Shown: positions 20,428-28,405, counted from the first letter of the stretch. The stretch is 64,000 bases of DNA from an uncultured Eggerthellaceae bacterium (GCA_937892845.1 CALBGP010000031.1:9357-73356); one strand, 5' to 3'. Notes: a model not told the origin generated them from the sequence alone. Numbers and translations are program-made.

Positions 20428-21858
20428 TTACTTCCCTTCGATCATGGGGATTTCTTCCTGATATTCCTCATCGAGGTTGCCCTCGTAGACATAATGCCTG
20501 GTCTCGCGCGCAATCATGCCGGAAAGCAACAGCACCATGATGATGTTGGGCACCGCCATGAGCGCGTTACCGATATCGGAGATGGTCCAAACCACGTCGC
20601 CGATGCCGATGGCGCCCAAGAAGCCGACGACCACATAGAGCACCTGGTACGGGATGCGCGCATGCTTGCCGAACAGGTAGACGGCGCAGCGGTTGCCGTA
20701 GTAGCTCCAACCGAGGATGGTGGAGTAGGCGAAGCTGATCATGCCCAGGATCAGAACGGGCGTGCCCAGATACGGGATGGTGGCGAAGGCGGCGCTTGCC
20801 AGCTCGGCACCTTTGTAGAACGTGGGATTGGCCAGAATGTCCTGCCCGATCTCAGGATGCGCGATCATGGTGGACACAAGCACGATGCCGGTGATGGCGC
20901 AGATGACCACGGTGGACCAGAAAGTGCCGGTCATGGCAACAAGCGCCTGACGGGCGGGATTCTTGGTCGCAGCGGCGGCCGCCACGATGGGGGCGGAACC
21001 AAGGCCGGACTCATTGGAGAACAGACCGCGGGCGCAGCCGAACTGCAGAGCCACCATAAGGCCGCTGCCCACAGCACCGCCGAACGCCGCCTTCGCCGTG
21101 AAGGCGCACTCCAGGATCAGGCCGATTGCAGGGATGATGTGCTGCCAGTTGAACACCAGGATGACCAGGCAGCCCACTGCGTAGGCGATGGCCATGACGG
21201 GCACAAGCTTCTCGCACACATGGGAGACCGCCTTCACGCCGCCGAAGATGACCGCAGACACCAGCACGGCGATGACCAGGCCCACCACCCATTCGGGAAG
21301 GCCGGGCAGGCTGGAGCAGATGATGCCGGTCATGGCTGCGGACTGCACCGCAGATCCGGTGCCGATGGTCGCGACGATGGCGAACAGGGCGAACGAAACC
21401 GCGCCCAACTTCGCCCACCAGGGAATCGTGCCGTTCTTGCGCTTGAAGGCGCGCTCCCATGCGTACATGGCGCCGCCCAGCATTTCGCCTTTGTGGTCCT
21501 TGACGCGGTATTTTACGGCCGCGAACACTTCGGCATACTTGGTGGCAATGCCGAAGACGCCGGTGACCCACATCCAGAACACCGCGCCCGGGCCGCCTGC
21601 CAGAATGGCCGTGGCCACGCCAACGATGGAGCCGGTTCCGATGGTTCCAGCAAGCGCCGTGACGAGCGCGCCGAACTGGCTGACATCGCCTTCCGCGCCC
21701 TCATCTTTGGTGACGGACATCTTGATGGCAAGCGGAAGCTTGCGCTGAATGAAACCGGTTCGGATGGTCAGGTAGATATGCGAGCCCAAAAGCAGCGCAA
21801 TCATGAGCGGACCCCAAACGAAGGCGTCCACCTGGTTGAGTATCTCTATAATATCCAT
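20428..21858 (-). CDS. agcS: Alanine/glycine:cation symporter (AGCS family), copy 2
   Basis: Highly similar to copy 1 along its whole length. AGGAG precedes ATG 21858. The track ORF start at 22059 has been trimmed. Confidence 0.9.
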   Translation of the reverse strand: MDIIEILNQVDAFVWGPLMIALLLGSHIYLTIRTGFIQRKLPLAIKMSVTKDEGAEGDVSQFGALVTALAGTIGTGSIVGVATAILAGGPGAVFWMWVTGVFGIATKYAEVFAAVKYRVKDHKGEMLGGAMYAWERAFKRKNGTIPWWAKLGAVSFALFAIVATIGTGSAVQSAAMTGIICSSLPGLPEWVVGLVIAVLVSAVIFGGVKAVSHVCEKLVPVMAIAYAVGCLVILVFNWQHIIPAIGLILECAFTAKAAFGGAVGSGLMVALQFGCARGLFSNESGLGSAPIVAAAAATKNPARQALVAMTGTFWSTVVICAITGIVLVSTMIAHPEIGQDILANPTFYKGAELASAAFATIPYLGTPVLILGMISFAYSTILGWSYYGNRCAVYLFGKHARIPYQVLYVVVGFLGAIGIGDVVWTISDIGNALMAVPNIIMVLLLSGMIARETRHYVYEGNLDEEYQEEIPMIEGK

Positions 21859-21915
21859 GGCACTCCTATCCAATGGGGTTGCATTGTACCGTAAAGTCAA
21901 ACTCGAGGAGGCCGC

Positions 21916-22275
21916 ATGGCAGTTCTGTTCCTTGAATACCCCAAATGCTCCACCTGCAGAAAAGCGAAGAACTGGCTCGATGAGCATGGTGTCGAGTACA
22001 TCGACCGCCATATAGTGGAGGACAACCCCACCGCCGATGAGCTGGGGCAATGGCTGCATGCAAGCGGGCTGCCCCTGCGCCGCTTCTTCAACACGAGCGG
22101 CATGCTCTACCGCGAGCTGGGCGTGAAGGAGAAGCTGGATGCCGGCATGGACGAAGCCGAGGCCCTGGCGCTTCTGGCCACCGACGGCATGCTGGTGAAG
22201 CGCCCGCTCCTGGTGACCGACGACGTCGTCATCCCGGGCTTCAAGGAAGACACCTGGGCGAAAGCGCTGCTGTAG
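21916..22275 (+). CDS. ArsC/Spx-family thioredoxin-fold protein (CxxC)
   Basis: 119 aa, YPKCSTCRKAKNWLDEHGVEY...LVKRPLL. GAGGAGG lies upstream. Confidence 0.8.
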   Translation: MAVLFLEYPKCSTCRKAKNWLDEHGVEYIDRHIVEDNPTADELGQWLHASGLPLRRFFNTSGMLYRELGVKEKLDAGMDEAEALALLATDGMLVKRPLLVTDDVVIPGFKEDTWAKALL

Positions 22276-22405
22276 GGCGACTCCCGGCGCGCGGGCGCGA
22301 CGCGGGTGCGCGGACCGGTATGCGGGGCCGCTCCGGCAGCGGGGCCGCGCCGGAGCCGTGCTCCGCGGGGGGGCGCACCCCCAGCTCGCGAGGCTTTACG
22401 ACGGG

Positions 22406-22434
22406 TTGCGCACGTCCGCGCGCAGACCTATAAT
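22406..22434 (+). promoter_or_regulatory. Candidate sigma-70-type promoter TTGCGC-17 nt-TATAAT for the riboswitch leader
   Basis: Hexamers read directly. TATAAT ends 10 nt before the aptamer P1. Confidence 0.4.
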
Positions 22435-22444
22435 CCCCACCATA

Positions 22445-22633
22445 CTGTTTCAGGGCGAGGTGGAATTCCTCACTGGCGGTAAATCGGCGCGGCCGTTTCG
22501 ACGGCGCCGCGGACGCACGGCAAACGGCCGGCGCAACCCGATGAGTCCGCGACCCTGCATGCGTTGGTTCGCATCGCAGGCTGACCTGGTGAAACTCCAG
22601 GACCAACGGTTATAGTCCGGATGGAAGAGGCAG
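22445..22633 (+). promoter_or_regulatory. FMN riboswitch (RFN element)
   Basis: Conserved cores are CAGGGCGAGGTGGAATTCCTCACTGGCGGTAA, AGTCCGCGACCC and CTGGTGAAACTCCAGGACCAACGGTTATAGTCCGGATGGAAGAGG. They match the canonical RFN consensus, for example the B. subtilis ribD leader. The element lies directly upstream of a RibU-type S component. Confidence 0.9.
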
Positions 22634-22642
22634 GTGATCTGA

Positions 22643-23230
22643 ATGTCTGAGCAGTCTAAATCCGTTAATTTCCAGAACACGAACACGTGGGAGACCAAGC
22701 AGCTTGTCACCATGGCGCTGATGTGCGCCATGTCCGCATTGCTGCAATTCGTACAGATCCCCATCATCCCGGCCATGCCGTTTCTGTGCTACGACGCCTC
22801 GCTCATGCCCGCCATGGTATGCGGCTTCGCCTTCGGCCCGGCATCGGGCATTGTCGTCGGAGCCATCGCATCGGTCATCCATGGCCTCATCCTTGGCGAA
22901 TGGGTGGGCACGCTCATGAACGTCTGCGCCACTCTGTTCTTCGTCTGGCCCGCCGCCATGATCTATCGCCGCAAGCACACGTTCAAGGGCGCAATCCTCG
23001 GCCTGATCGTCGGATCGCTTTGCGCCACTGCGGGCGGCCTGCTCACCAACCTGACCATCGGCGTATGGTTCTGGTACGGCAGCGTCGAGGCCATCATGCC
23101 CATGCTGCTTCCCTTCGTTCTGCCTTTCAACATCATCAAAACCATCCTGAACTCCGTCTTGACCCTGATTGTCTACAAAGCGGTATCGAACCTGATCACG
23201 CCGAAGAAGAACCAGGTCAAAGGCCGTTAA
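22643..23230 (+). CDS. ribU: ECF transporter S component, riboflavin type inferred from the riboswitch
   Basis: 195 aa with 6 hydrophobic helices. Sits downstream of the RFN element and upstream of ecfAA'T. Confidence 0.8.
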   Translation: MSEQSKSVNFQNTNTWETKQLVTMALMCAMSALLQFVQIPIIPAMPFLCYDASLMPAMVCGFAFGPASGIVVGAIASVIHGLILGEWVGTLMNVCATLFFVWPAAMIYRRKHTFKGAILGLIVGSLCATAGGLLTNLTIGVWFWYGSVEAIMPMLLPFVLPFNIIKTILNSVLTLIVYKAVSNLITPKKNQVKGR

Positions 23231-23251
23231 CGCAAGCAAGAGGCACAACCT

Positions 23252-25201
23252 ATGAGCAACACCGCACTTCAGACCGAGGACGCCATCATCGAATGCGACG
23301 GCGTCCGCTTCACCTACGACGGCGCGCGCCAGGCGCTCGACGGCATCACCGAAAGCATCCGCCCGGGCGAATTCGTCTGCATCTTGGGCGGCAACGGAAG
23401 CGGCAAAAGCACGCTGGCCAAACACATGAACGCGCTGCTGCTGCCGGACGAAGGAACCGTGCGCGTCAACGGCAACGAAACGTCGGACCCGCAGGCAACC
23501 TACCTGATCCGCTCAACGGCGGGAATGGTATTCCAGAATCCGGACGACCAGCTGGTCGCCTCGCTTGTCGAAGACGACGTGGCGTTCGGCCCGGAGAATC
23601 TTGGCGTTCCCACCGAAGAGATCGTACGACGCGTAGGCGAAGCCTTGCGCGAAGTGGGCCTGGTGGGATTCGACAAACACGAAACCCACGCCCTATCCGG
23701 CGGCCAGAAACAGCGCGTGGCCATTGCCGGAGTGCTGGCCATGGAGCCGAAGATCCTCGTCTTGGACGAAGCGTCGGCCATGCTCGATCCGCGCGGGCGC
23801 AAGGGCCTCATGCGTGTTTGCAAGCAGCTCAACGAACGCGGCATGACCATTGTCATGATCACCCACTTCATGGAGGAGGCTGCCGAAGCCGACCGCGTCA
23901 TCGTGCTTGACCGTGGGCGCGTTGCGCTGGCGGGATCGCCTGACGAAGTGCTGGCGCGAACCGACGTCCTGAGCAAACTCAACCTGGAAGTGCCTTTCGC
24001 ATGCGACCTCTCGCTTGCCCTGCGCAACCTGGGGACGGATGTGCCCGTGTGCGTTTCGCAAAACGAACTGGTCGATGCCGTATCCGCCCTGCCGCGCCGG
24101 ACCGCCTGCACGCTGGACGAACGGCCCGAAGAAACCGCAAGCCCAAGCGACAGCGCAGACGCGGAGACGAAGAGCGCCGACACGAAAGAGAGCGGGGAAA
24201 CAGCCGCAGACGCCTCCGGGACGGCGACCTCCAAACCCCGCGCCGTGATCAAGTTCGACCGCGTATCGTTCACCTACGATGCCGCCGAAAGCAAGCGACG
24301 CCGCAAACGCAAGGCCAAGCACCCGGAACAAAGCCAGCAGGAACGTGCGGCCTGGGGCAACGCCCCCGATGCGACATGGGCCCTGCGCGATGTGGATTTC
24401 GAAATCCGCGCGGGCGAATTCTTCGGCATTGCGGGTCATACGGGATCGGGCAAGAGCACGCTCATCCAGCACATGAACGGGATCCTGAAGCCGACATCCG
24501 GCCGCGTGCTGGTCGACGGCGCCGATGTGTCAGAAAAGTCGCAGGTCAGCGCCGTGCGCGCAAAGGTGGGCGTGGTGTTCCAGTATCCCGAGCACCAGCT
24601 CTTCGCCGAAACCGTCTACAACGACGTGGCTTTCGGCCCGCGCAACCTGGGATTGGACGAAGATGAGGTTGACCAGCGCGTACGCGAATCTTTGAAGCGC
24701 GTCGGACTATCCTTCGAGGAGTTTGCCGAGAAAAGCCCCTTCGAGCTTTCCGGCGGACAACAGCGACGCGTGGCCTTCGCCGGCGTGCTGGCCATGCGTC
24801 CCGAAGTGCTGGTGCTCGATGAGCCCGTAGCGGGTCTTGACCCCCAGGCGCGCCGGGAGTTTCTGGCCATGGTCTCCGATTTGCACGATCAGGGCCTGAC
24901 CGTGGTCATGGTGTCCCATAACATGGACGACCTTGCCGCCTACTGTGACTACATAGCCGTGCTCAAGGAGGGCGAACTGTTCGCCGTGGGAGAGCCCGAG
25001 CGCGTCTTCATGCACGCTGCCGAACTCAAGGCGATCGGACTGGGCGTGCCTTCCGCCCAGCAGGCCGCCAATGCGCTGCGCGACGCGGGCCTGCCGCTTG
25101 ACAGCGGAATCCTCTACACCACCGAGACGCTCAGCCGCGCCATCGCCCGCCTCACCGGCTCCGGCAACGGCACAACCCCTGAGTCGCAGGAGGCGCTGTA
25201 A
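23252..25201 (+). CDS. ecfA: Fused ECF energy-coupling ATPases EcfA-EcfA' (two ABC domains in one polypeptide)
   Basis: Two Walker A motifs (GGNGSGKST; GHTGSGKST), two LSGGQ signatures (LSGGQKQR; LSGGQQRR) and two Walker B motifs (LVLDEA; LVLDEP). The domains are joined by an acidic S/T/A-rich linker. Confidence 0.9.
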   Translation: MSNTALQTEDAIIECDGVRFTYDGARQALDGITESIRPGEFVCILGGNGSGKSTLAKHMNALLLPDEGTVRVNGNETSDPQATYLIRSTAGMVFQNPDDQLVASLVEDDVAFGPENLGVPTEEIVRRVGEALREVGLVGFDKHETHALSGGQKQRVAIAGVLAMEPKILVLDEASAMLDPRGRKGLMRVCKQLNERGMTIVMITHFMEEAAEADRVIVLDRGRVALAGSPDEVLARTDVLSKLNLEVPFACDLSLALRNLGTDVPVCVSQNELVDAVSALPRRTACTLDERPEETASPSDSADAETKSADTKESGETAADASGTATSKPRAVIKFDRVSFTYDAAESKRRRKRKAKHPEQSQQERAAWGNAPDATWALRDVDFEIRAGEFFGIAGHTGSGKSTLIQHMNGILKPTSGRVLVDGADVSEKSQVSAVRAKVGVVFQYPEHQLFAETVYNDVAFGPRNLGLDEDEVDQRVRESLKRVGLSFEEFAEKSPFELSGGQQRRVAFAGVLAMRPEVLVLDEPVAGLDPQARREFLAMVSDLHDQGLTVVMVSHNMDDLAAYCDYIAVLKEGELFAVGEPERVFMHAAELKAIGLGVPSAQQAANALRDAGLPLDSGILYTTETLSRAIARLTGSGNGTTPESQEAL

Positions 25202-26001
25202 TGGGCAACGTCTTCTCATTCGGAAGCTATTACCCCGGCACGAGCATCATCCACAGACTCGACCCCCGAACGAAGCTCGTGCTGGGTTTCGTCTTCATCG
25301 CCGCCGTCCTGAGCGCCGGCAACTTCGCAGCGCTGGGCATCGTAGCCATCTTCGTCGTACTTGCCTACGCGCTCGCACGCATTCCGGCCTCCAAAGGGCT
25401 GCAATCCCTCGCACCGCTTCTGGCCATCGTGGTGCTGGCGTCCATGCTCAACCTCTTCGTCACGCAGGGCGGACCTGTCGTATTCGAGTGGTGGTTCATC
25501 CGCATCAGCGAAGCAGGCGTCCATGCGTGCGCGTTCATCGCCGCGCGCCTGCTGCTCATGATGATGGGCATGAGCCTTATCACCCTGACCACCGTCACGC
25601 TTGATTTGACCGAAGCGGTGGAGCGGCTCCTCATGCCCCTTGCTCGCTTCGGCCTGCCCGCTCACGAACTGGGAATGATCATGGGCATAGCACTTCGCTT
25701 CATGCCCCAGTTCGCAAGCGAGCTATCCACCCTTTACCACGCCCAGATCAGCCGCGGCGCAACCCTGAGCAGCAGCCCCGTCAAGGGCATGCGCATGCTG
25801 TCGTCGCTTATGGTTCCCCTGTTCGCGAGCGTATTTCGCCATGCCGAAACCCTCTCTTCCGCCATGGATGCCCGCTGCTATCACGGCAGCGATGGCAGAA
25901 CCAGACTGCACCCGCTCAAGCTGGAGGGCATTGACGCTGCAGCTGCCGGCGCCGTAGCCGCCCTATGCGCCGGGGTCGCCGCCGCAACAATCCTGCTGTG
26001 A
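25201..26001 (+). CDS. ecfT: ECF transporter transmembrane component EcfT
   Basis: 266 aa, CbiQ/EcfT-like, with the coupling helix region ARxLLMMMGMSL...AxRFMPQF. TAATG overlap with ecfA. Confidence 0.9.
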   Translation: MGNVFSFGSYYPGTSIIHRLDPRTKLVLGFVFIAAVLSAGNFAALGIVAIFVVLAYALARIPASKGLQSLAPLLAIVVLASMLNLFVTQGGPVVFEWWFIRISEAGVHACAFIAARLLLMMMGMSLITLTTVTLDLTEAVERLLMPLARFGLPAHELGMIMGIALRFMPQFASELSTLYHAQISRGATLSSSPVKGMRMLSSLMVPLFASVFRHAETLSSAMDARCYHGSDGRTRLHPLKLEGIDAAAAGAVAALCAGVAAATILL

Positions 26002-26036
26002 TTTCATCATCCGCAAGACAAGCAAAGGAGCTGACC

Positions 26037-26459
26037 ATGACAGAACGCAATCCCGGAATAGAGACCGTCCTCGAATACCTCACGGCCGTACCGGCTTGGT
26101 ATCTGGCCACAAGCGCAGATGACCAGCCCCATGTGCGGCCCTTCAGCTTCGCGGCCGAGCAGGATGGCAAGATCTGGTTCTGCACCGCCACCACCAAGGA
26201 TGTATGGCAAGAGCTTGTCGCCAATCCCCGCTTCGAAGCCACAAGCTGGTGGCCGGGGCACGGCTGGCTGATCCTGCGCGGCGAAGCAGGCATGCAGGAC
26301 CTGGTCAACGACGACATCCGCCAAGCGGGTTTCGAACACATGACCGGGCTCGGCGAGCACTACGACGGCGCGCACGACCCGATTCTGGTGTTTTTCTCAG
26401 TCGAAAACCCCAAGGCCTGGATCTGCAACCATGACGAATGGAAGCCGATAGAGCTGTAG
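26037..26459 (+). CDS. Pyridoxamine 5'-phosphate oxidase-fold (flavin-binding split barrel) family protein
   Basis: 140 aa, WYLATSADDQPHVRPFSF...DGKIWFCT pattern. AAAGGAG lies 6 nt before ATG 26037. The track start at 25965 has been trimmed. Confidence 0.75.
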   Translation: MTERNPGIETVLEYLTAVPAWYLATSADDQPHVRPFSFAAEQDGKIWFCTATTKDVWQELVANPRFEATSWWPGHGWLILRGEAGMQDLVNDDIRQAGFEHMTGLGEHYDGAHDPILVFFSVENPKAWICNHDEWKPIEL

Positions 26460-26537
26460 CTGAAGTCTGGCCACCCGGCGCCGCAGTCAGGCCCGAAGCC
26501 GTTGGAGTTGCCGCCGGCGGCGTCGGGTGCGAGCCCG

Positions 26538-26633
26538 CCGGGTGCACCGTCACCAGGTGCGAGGCCGCTGGGCGCAGCGCCGCCGCCGGGTGCACCGTCC
26601 CCAGGTGCGAGGCCGCTGGGCGCAGCGCCGACG
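26538..26633. repeat. Tandem repeat, 48 bp x 2 (2 mismatches)
   Basis: CCGGGTGCACCGTC(A/C)CCAGGTGCGAGGCCGCTGGGCGCAGCGCCG(C/A)CG, copies at 26538-26585 and 26586-26633. Confidence 0.85.
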
Positions 26634-26660
26634 CCGGGACGGGAAGATTTGCGTGACTTG

Positions 26661-26843
26661 TGGCCAGATATGGACGAAATGTACGACTGGCCTTTTGCGC
26701 GCTGCAGAACAGGTAGCTGCTGCACGCTTCTGACCTGGGGATATGTTAATCGTTTTTCGGCAGTCCCCCAACAACCAACCAGGTATGGCCAGATACGGAC
26801 GAAATGCACGCCCCGAGGCGTGCATTTCGTCCGTATCTGGCCA
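26661..26843 (+). repeat. MITE/REP-like element, copy A: 24-nt end motif, spacer, then a 26-27-bp perfect palindromic hairpin
   Basis: End motif TGGCCAGATATGGACGAAATGTAC at 26661-26684. Hairpin arms at 26786-26811 and 26818-26843 (TGGCCAGATACGGACGAAATGCACGC / GCGTGCATTTCGTCCGTATCTGGCCA). A second copy lies at 53169-53342. Confidence 0.8.
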
Positions 26844-26850
26844 TAACGTG

Positions 26851-26890
26851 CCCGGAATTTCCCGCGAGGTTGATTCCGGGCATTTTTTTC
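26851..26890 (+). terminator. Canonical intrinsic terminator (CCCGGAAT-14 nt-ATTCCGGG followed by C-A-T7)
   Basis: Read directly. Lies about 390 nt after the PNPOx stop and 8 nt after the palindromic element. Confidence 0.6.
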
Positions 26891-26940
26891 TTGACCACTG
26901 TGTATATGCGTGTATATACTGTTAATACTGCATATGCACA
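26891..26940 (+). promoter_or_regulatory. Candidate promoter (TTGACC...TATACT) overlapped by TGTATAT/ATATGCA repeats; probable GntR operator
   Basis: TTGACC at 26891-26896. Direct repeat TGTATATGCG/TGTATATACT. Imperfect inverted repeat TGTGTATATGC (26899-26909) / GCATATGCACA (26930-26940). Confidence 0.35.
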
Positions 26941-27097
26941 CTTGGGGCCGTGCATCGATCGGCACCGCCCCTTCGGCAAGGGCCCGATCAGCCCAAGCCG
27001 GCTTTCCGCCTCGGAGCAGATCGGCCGAAGCGGAGCAAGCCGCCACCCGGCGTGCCAGCGCGCACTGCCACGCCGAAAGCTGCGGAAAGGAACGGAT

Positions 27098-27469
27098 TTG
27101 GACATCATCATATCGAACGCAGGCGGCAAACCCATCTACGAGCAGATAGCCTCGCAGATCAAAACCGCCATCATAACAGGCGAGCTTGCGGAAGGAAGCG
27201 CCCTGCCATCCATCCGCGTACTAGCCAATGACCTGCGGATAAGCGTCATCACCACCAAGCGCGCCTATGCGGAGCTTGAGGCCCAAGGGCTCATCGAGAC
27301 CGCACAGGGCAAAGGCAGCTTCGTCGCCGGAGGCAACAAGGAGCTGCTGCGCGAAGAGCAGCTCAAACGCGTGGAAGCGCTGCTTGCCCAAGCGGCCGAA
27401 GAGGCCCGGAAGGCAGGAATCTGCGCAGACGAGATGCGCGAAATGCTTGATTTGGCACTGGAGCGCTGA
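27098..27469 (+). CDS. GntR-family (YtrA-like, short) transcriptional regulator
   Basis: PIYEQIASQIKTAIITGELAEGSALPSIRVLANDLRISVITTKRAYAELEAQGLI. TTG start at 27098 with GGAAAGG upstream. The track ORF begins at 26804, inside the repeats. Confidence 0.85.
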   Translation: MDIIISNAGGKPIYEQIASQIKTAIITGELAEGSALPSIRVLANDLRISVITTKRAYAELEAQGLIETAQGKGSFVAGGNKELLREEQLKRVEALLAQAAEEARKAGICADEMREMLDLALER

Positions 27470-27520
27470 GCGCGGCCAACACGAACAGCCGTGCTCCAGC
27501 ACATCGAGAAGAGGACCGAC

Positions 27521-28405
27521 ATGGCAACTTCGAACACGACCGACGCCCTGCTGAAGGTGCAGGGACTGTCGAAAACATACGGGGACTTCGTCCTCTCTGA
27601 CGTGAACCTGGCCGTAAGCCGGGGATGCGTCACGGGATTCATCGGCGGAAACGGCGCCGGCAAAACAACCACCATCAAAGCCGCGCTCGGGCTCATCAAG
27701 CCCGATGCAGGCGAAATAGAGCTCTTCGGCCAGCACGTGGCCATGGAAAGCGCCACCATGCAGGAGCTCAAGCAGCATATCGGCGTGGTCTTCGACACGT
27801 GCGCATTCCCGCGCGACATGACCGTGGCCGGTGCCGGCGTTTTGGGGCGGGCGGCCTACCGCAACTGGGACAAACAGCTTTTCGAGCAGTTGACCCGCGA
27901 ATTCGAGCTTGCCCCCAAGAAGCGCGCCGGAGAGCTGTCGCGCGGCATGGGCATGAAGCTCACGCTGGCCTTCGCCATGGCTCACCACCCCGCCCTGCTG
28001 ATTTTAGACGAACCCACGGCAGGACTCGACCCCATCGCACGCGAGGGAGTGCTTGACATGCTGCGGAGGTTCATGGCCTACGATGACCACGGCATCCTCA
28101 TGTCGTCCCATATCACGAGCGATCTGGAGAAGATCGCGGACCGCATAGTCTGCATCAACGGGGGCCGCATAGCCTTCGATATGCCGAAAGACGAAATCAG
28201 CGACGTGGCAGGCATCGCACGGTGCCGTACCGCCGAATTCGAAGAGGTGGCCGCGCCCGGCATGCGCTACATCCGCCGCGAATACGGAATAGACCTGCTT
28301 GTCGCCGACCGTTTCGCCTTCAGCTCGGCGCATCCCGGCATAGTCGTGGACAAAGCAAGCATCGATGACTACATGGCCTTGACTCTGAAAGGGGAAATCC
28401 GATGA
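27521..28405 (+). CDS. ABC transporter ATP-binding protein (ABC-2 type exporter)
   Basis: Walker A GGNGAGKTT, signature LSRGMGMK, Walker B LILDEPT. Start at ATG 27521. Confidence 0.9.
   Translation: MATSNTTDALLKVQGLSKTYGDFVLSDVNLAVSRGCVTGFIGGNGAGKTTTIKAALGLIKPDAGEIELFGQHVAMESATMQELKQHIGVVFDTCAFPRDMTVAGAGVLGRAAYRNWDKQLFEQLTREFELAPKKRAGELSRGMGMKLTLAFAMAHHPALLILDEPTAGLDPIAREGVLDMLRRFMAYDDHGILMSSHITSDLEKIADRIVCINGGRIAFDMPKDEISDVAGIARCRTAEFEEVAAPGMRYIRREYGIDLLVADRFAFSSAHPGIVVDKASIDDYMALTLKGEIR

Noticed and set aside
22276-22405. GC-rich hairpins after the ArsC-family gene (for example GCTCCGGC...GCCGGAGC at 22330-22356), considered as a terminator.
   Set aside because: The stems are short, the loop is large and there is no T-run. 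In sequence this GC-rich such pairings arise by chance, so the support is too weak to list as a feature.
26538-26843. Possible CRISPR array, suggested by repeated GC-rich units and palindromic repeats.
   Set aside because: There are only two abutting 48-bp units with no spacers. The other repeats form one hairpin plus one distant motif. There is no regular repeat-spacer periodicity and there are no cas genes.
26502-26846. 114-aa ORF encoding a PGAPSPGARPLGAAP repeat, considered as a possible proline-rich secreted or collagen-like peptide.
   Set aside because: It has no SD and no signal peptide. Its reading frame is a by-product of the tandem DNA repeat and runs through the palindromic element. 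Similar pseudo-peptides appear on both strands and at the second locus, purely because of the palindrome.
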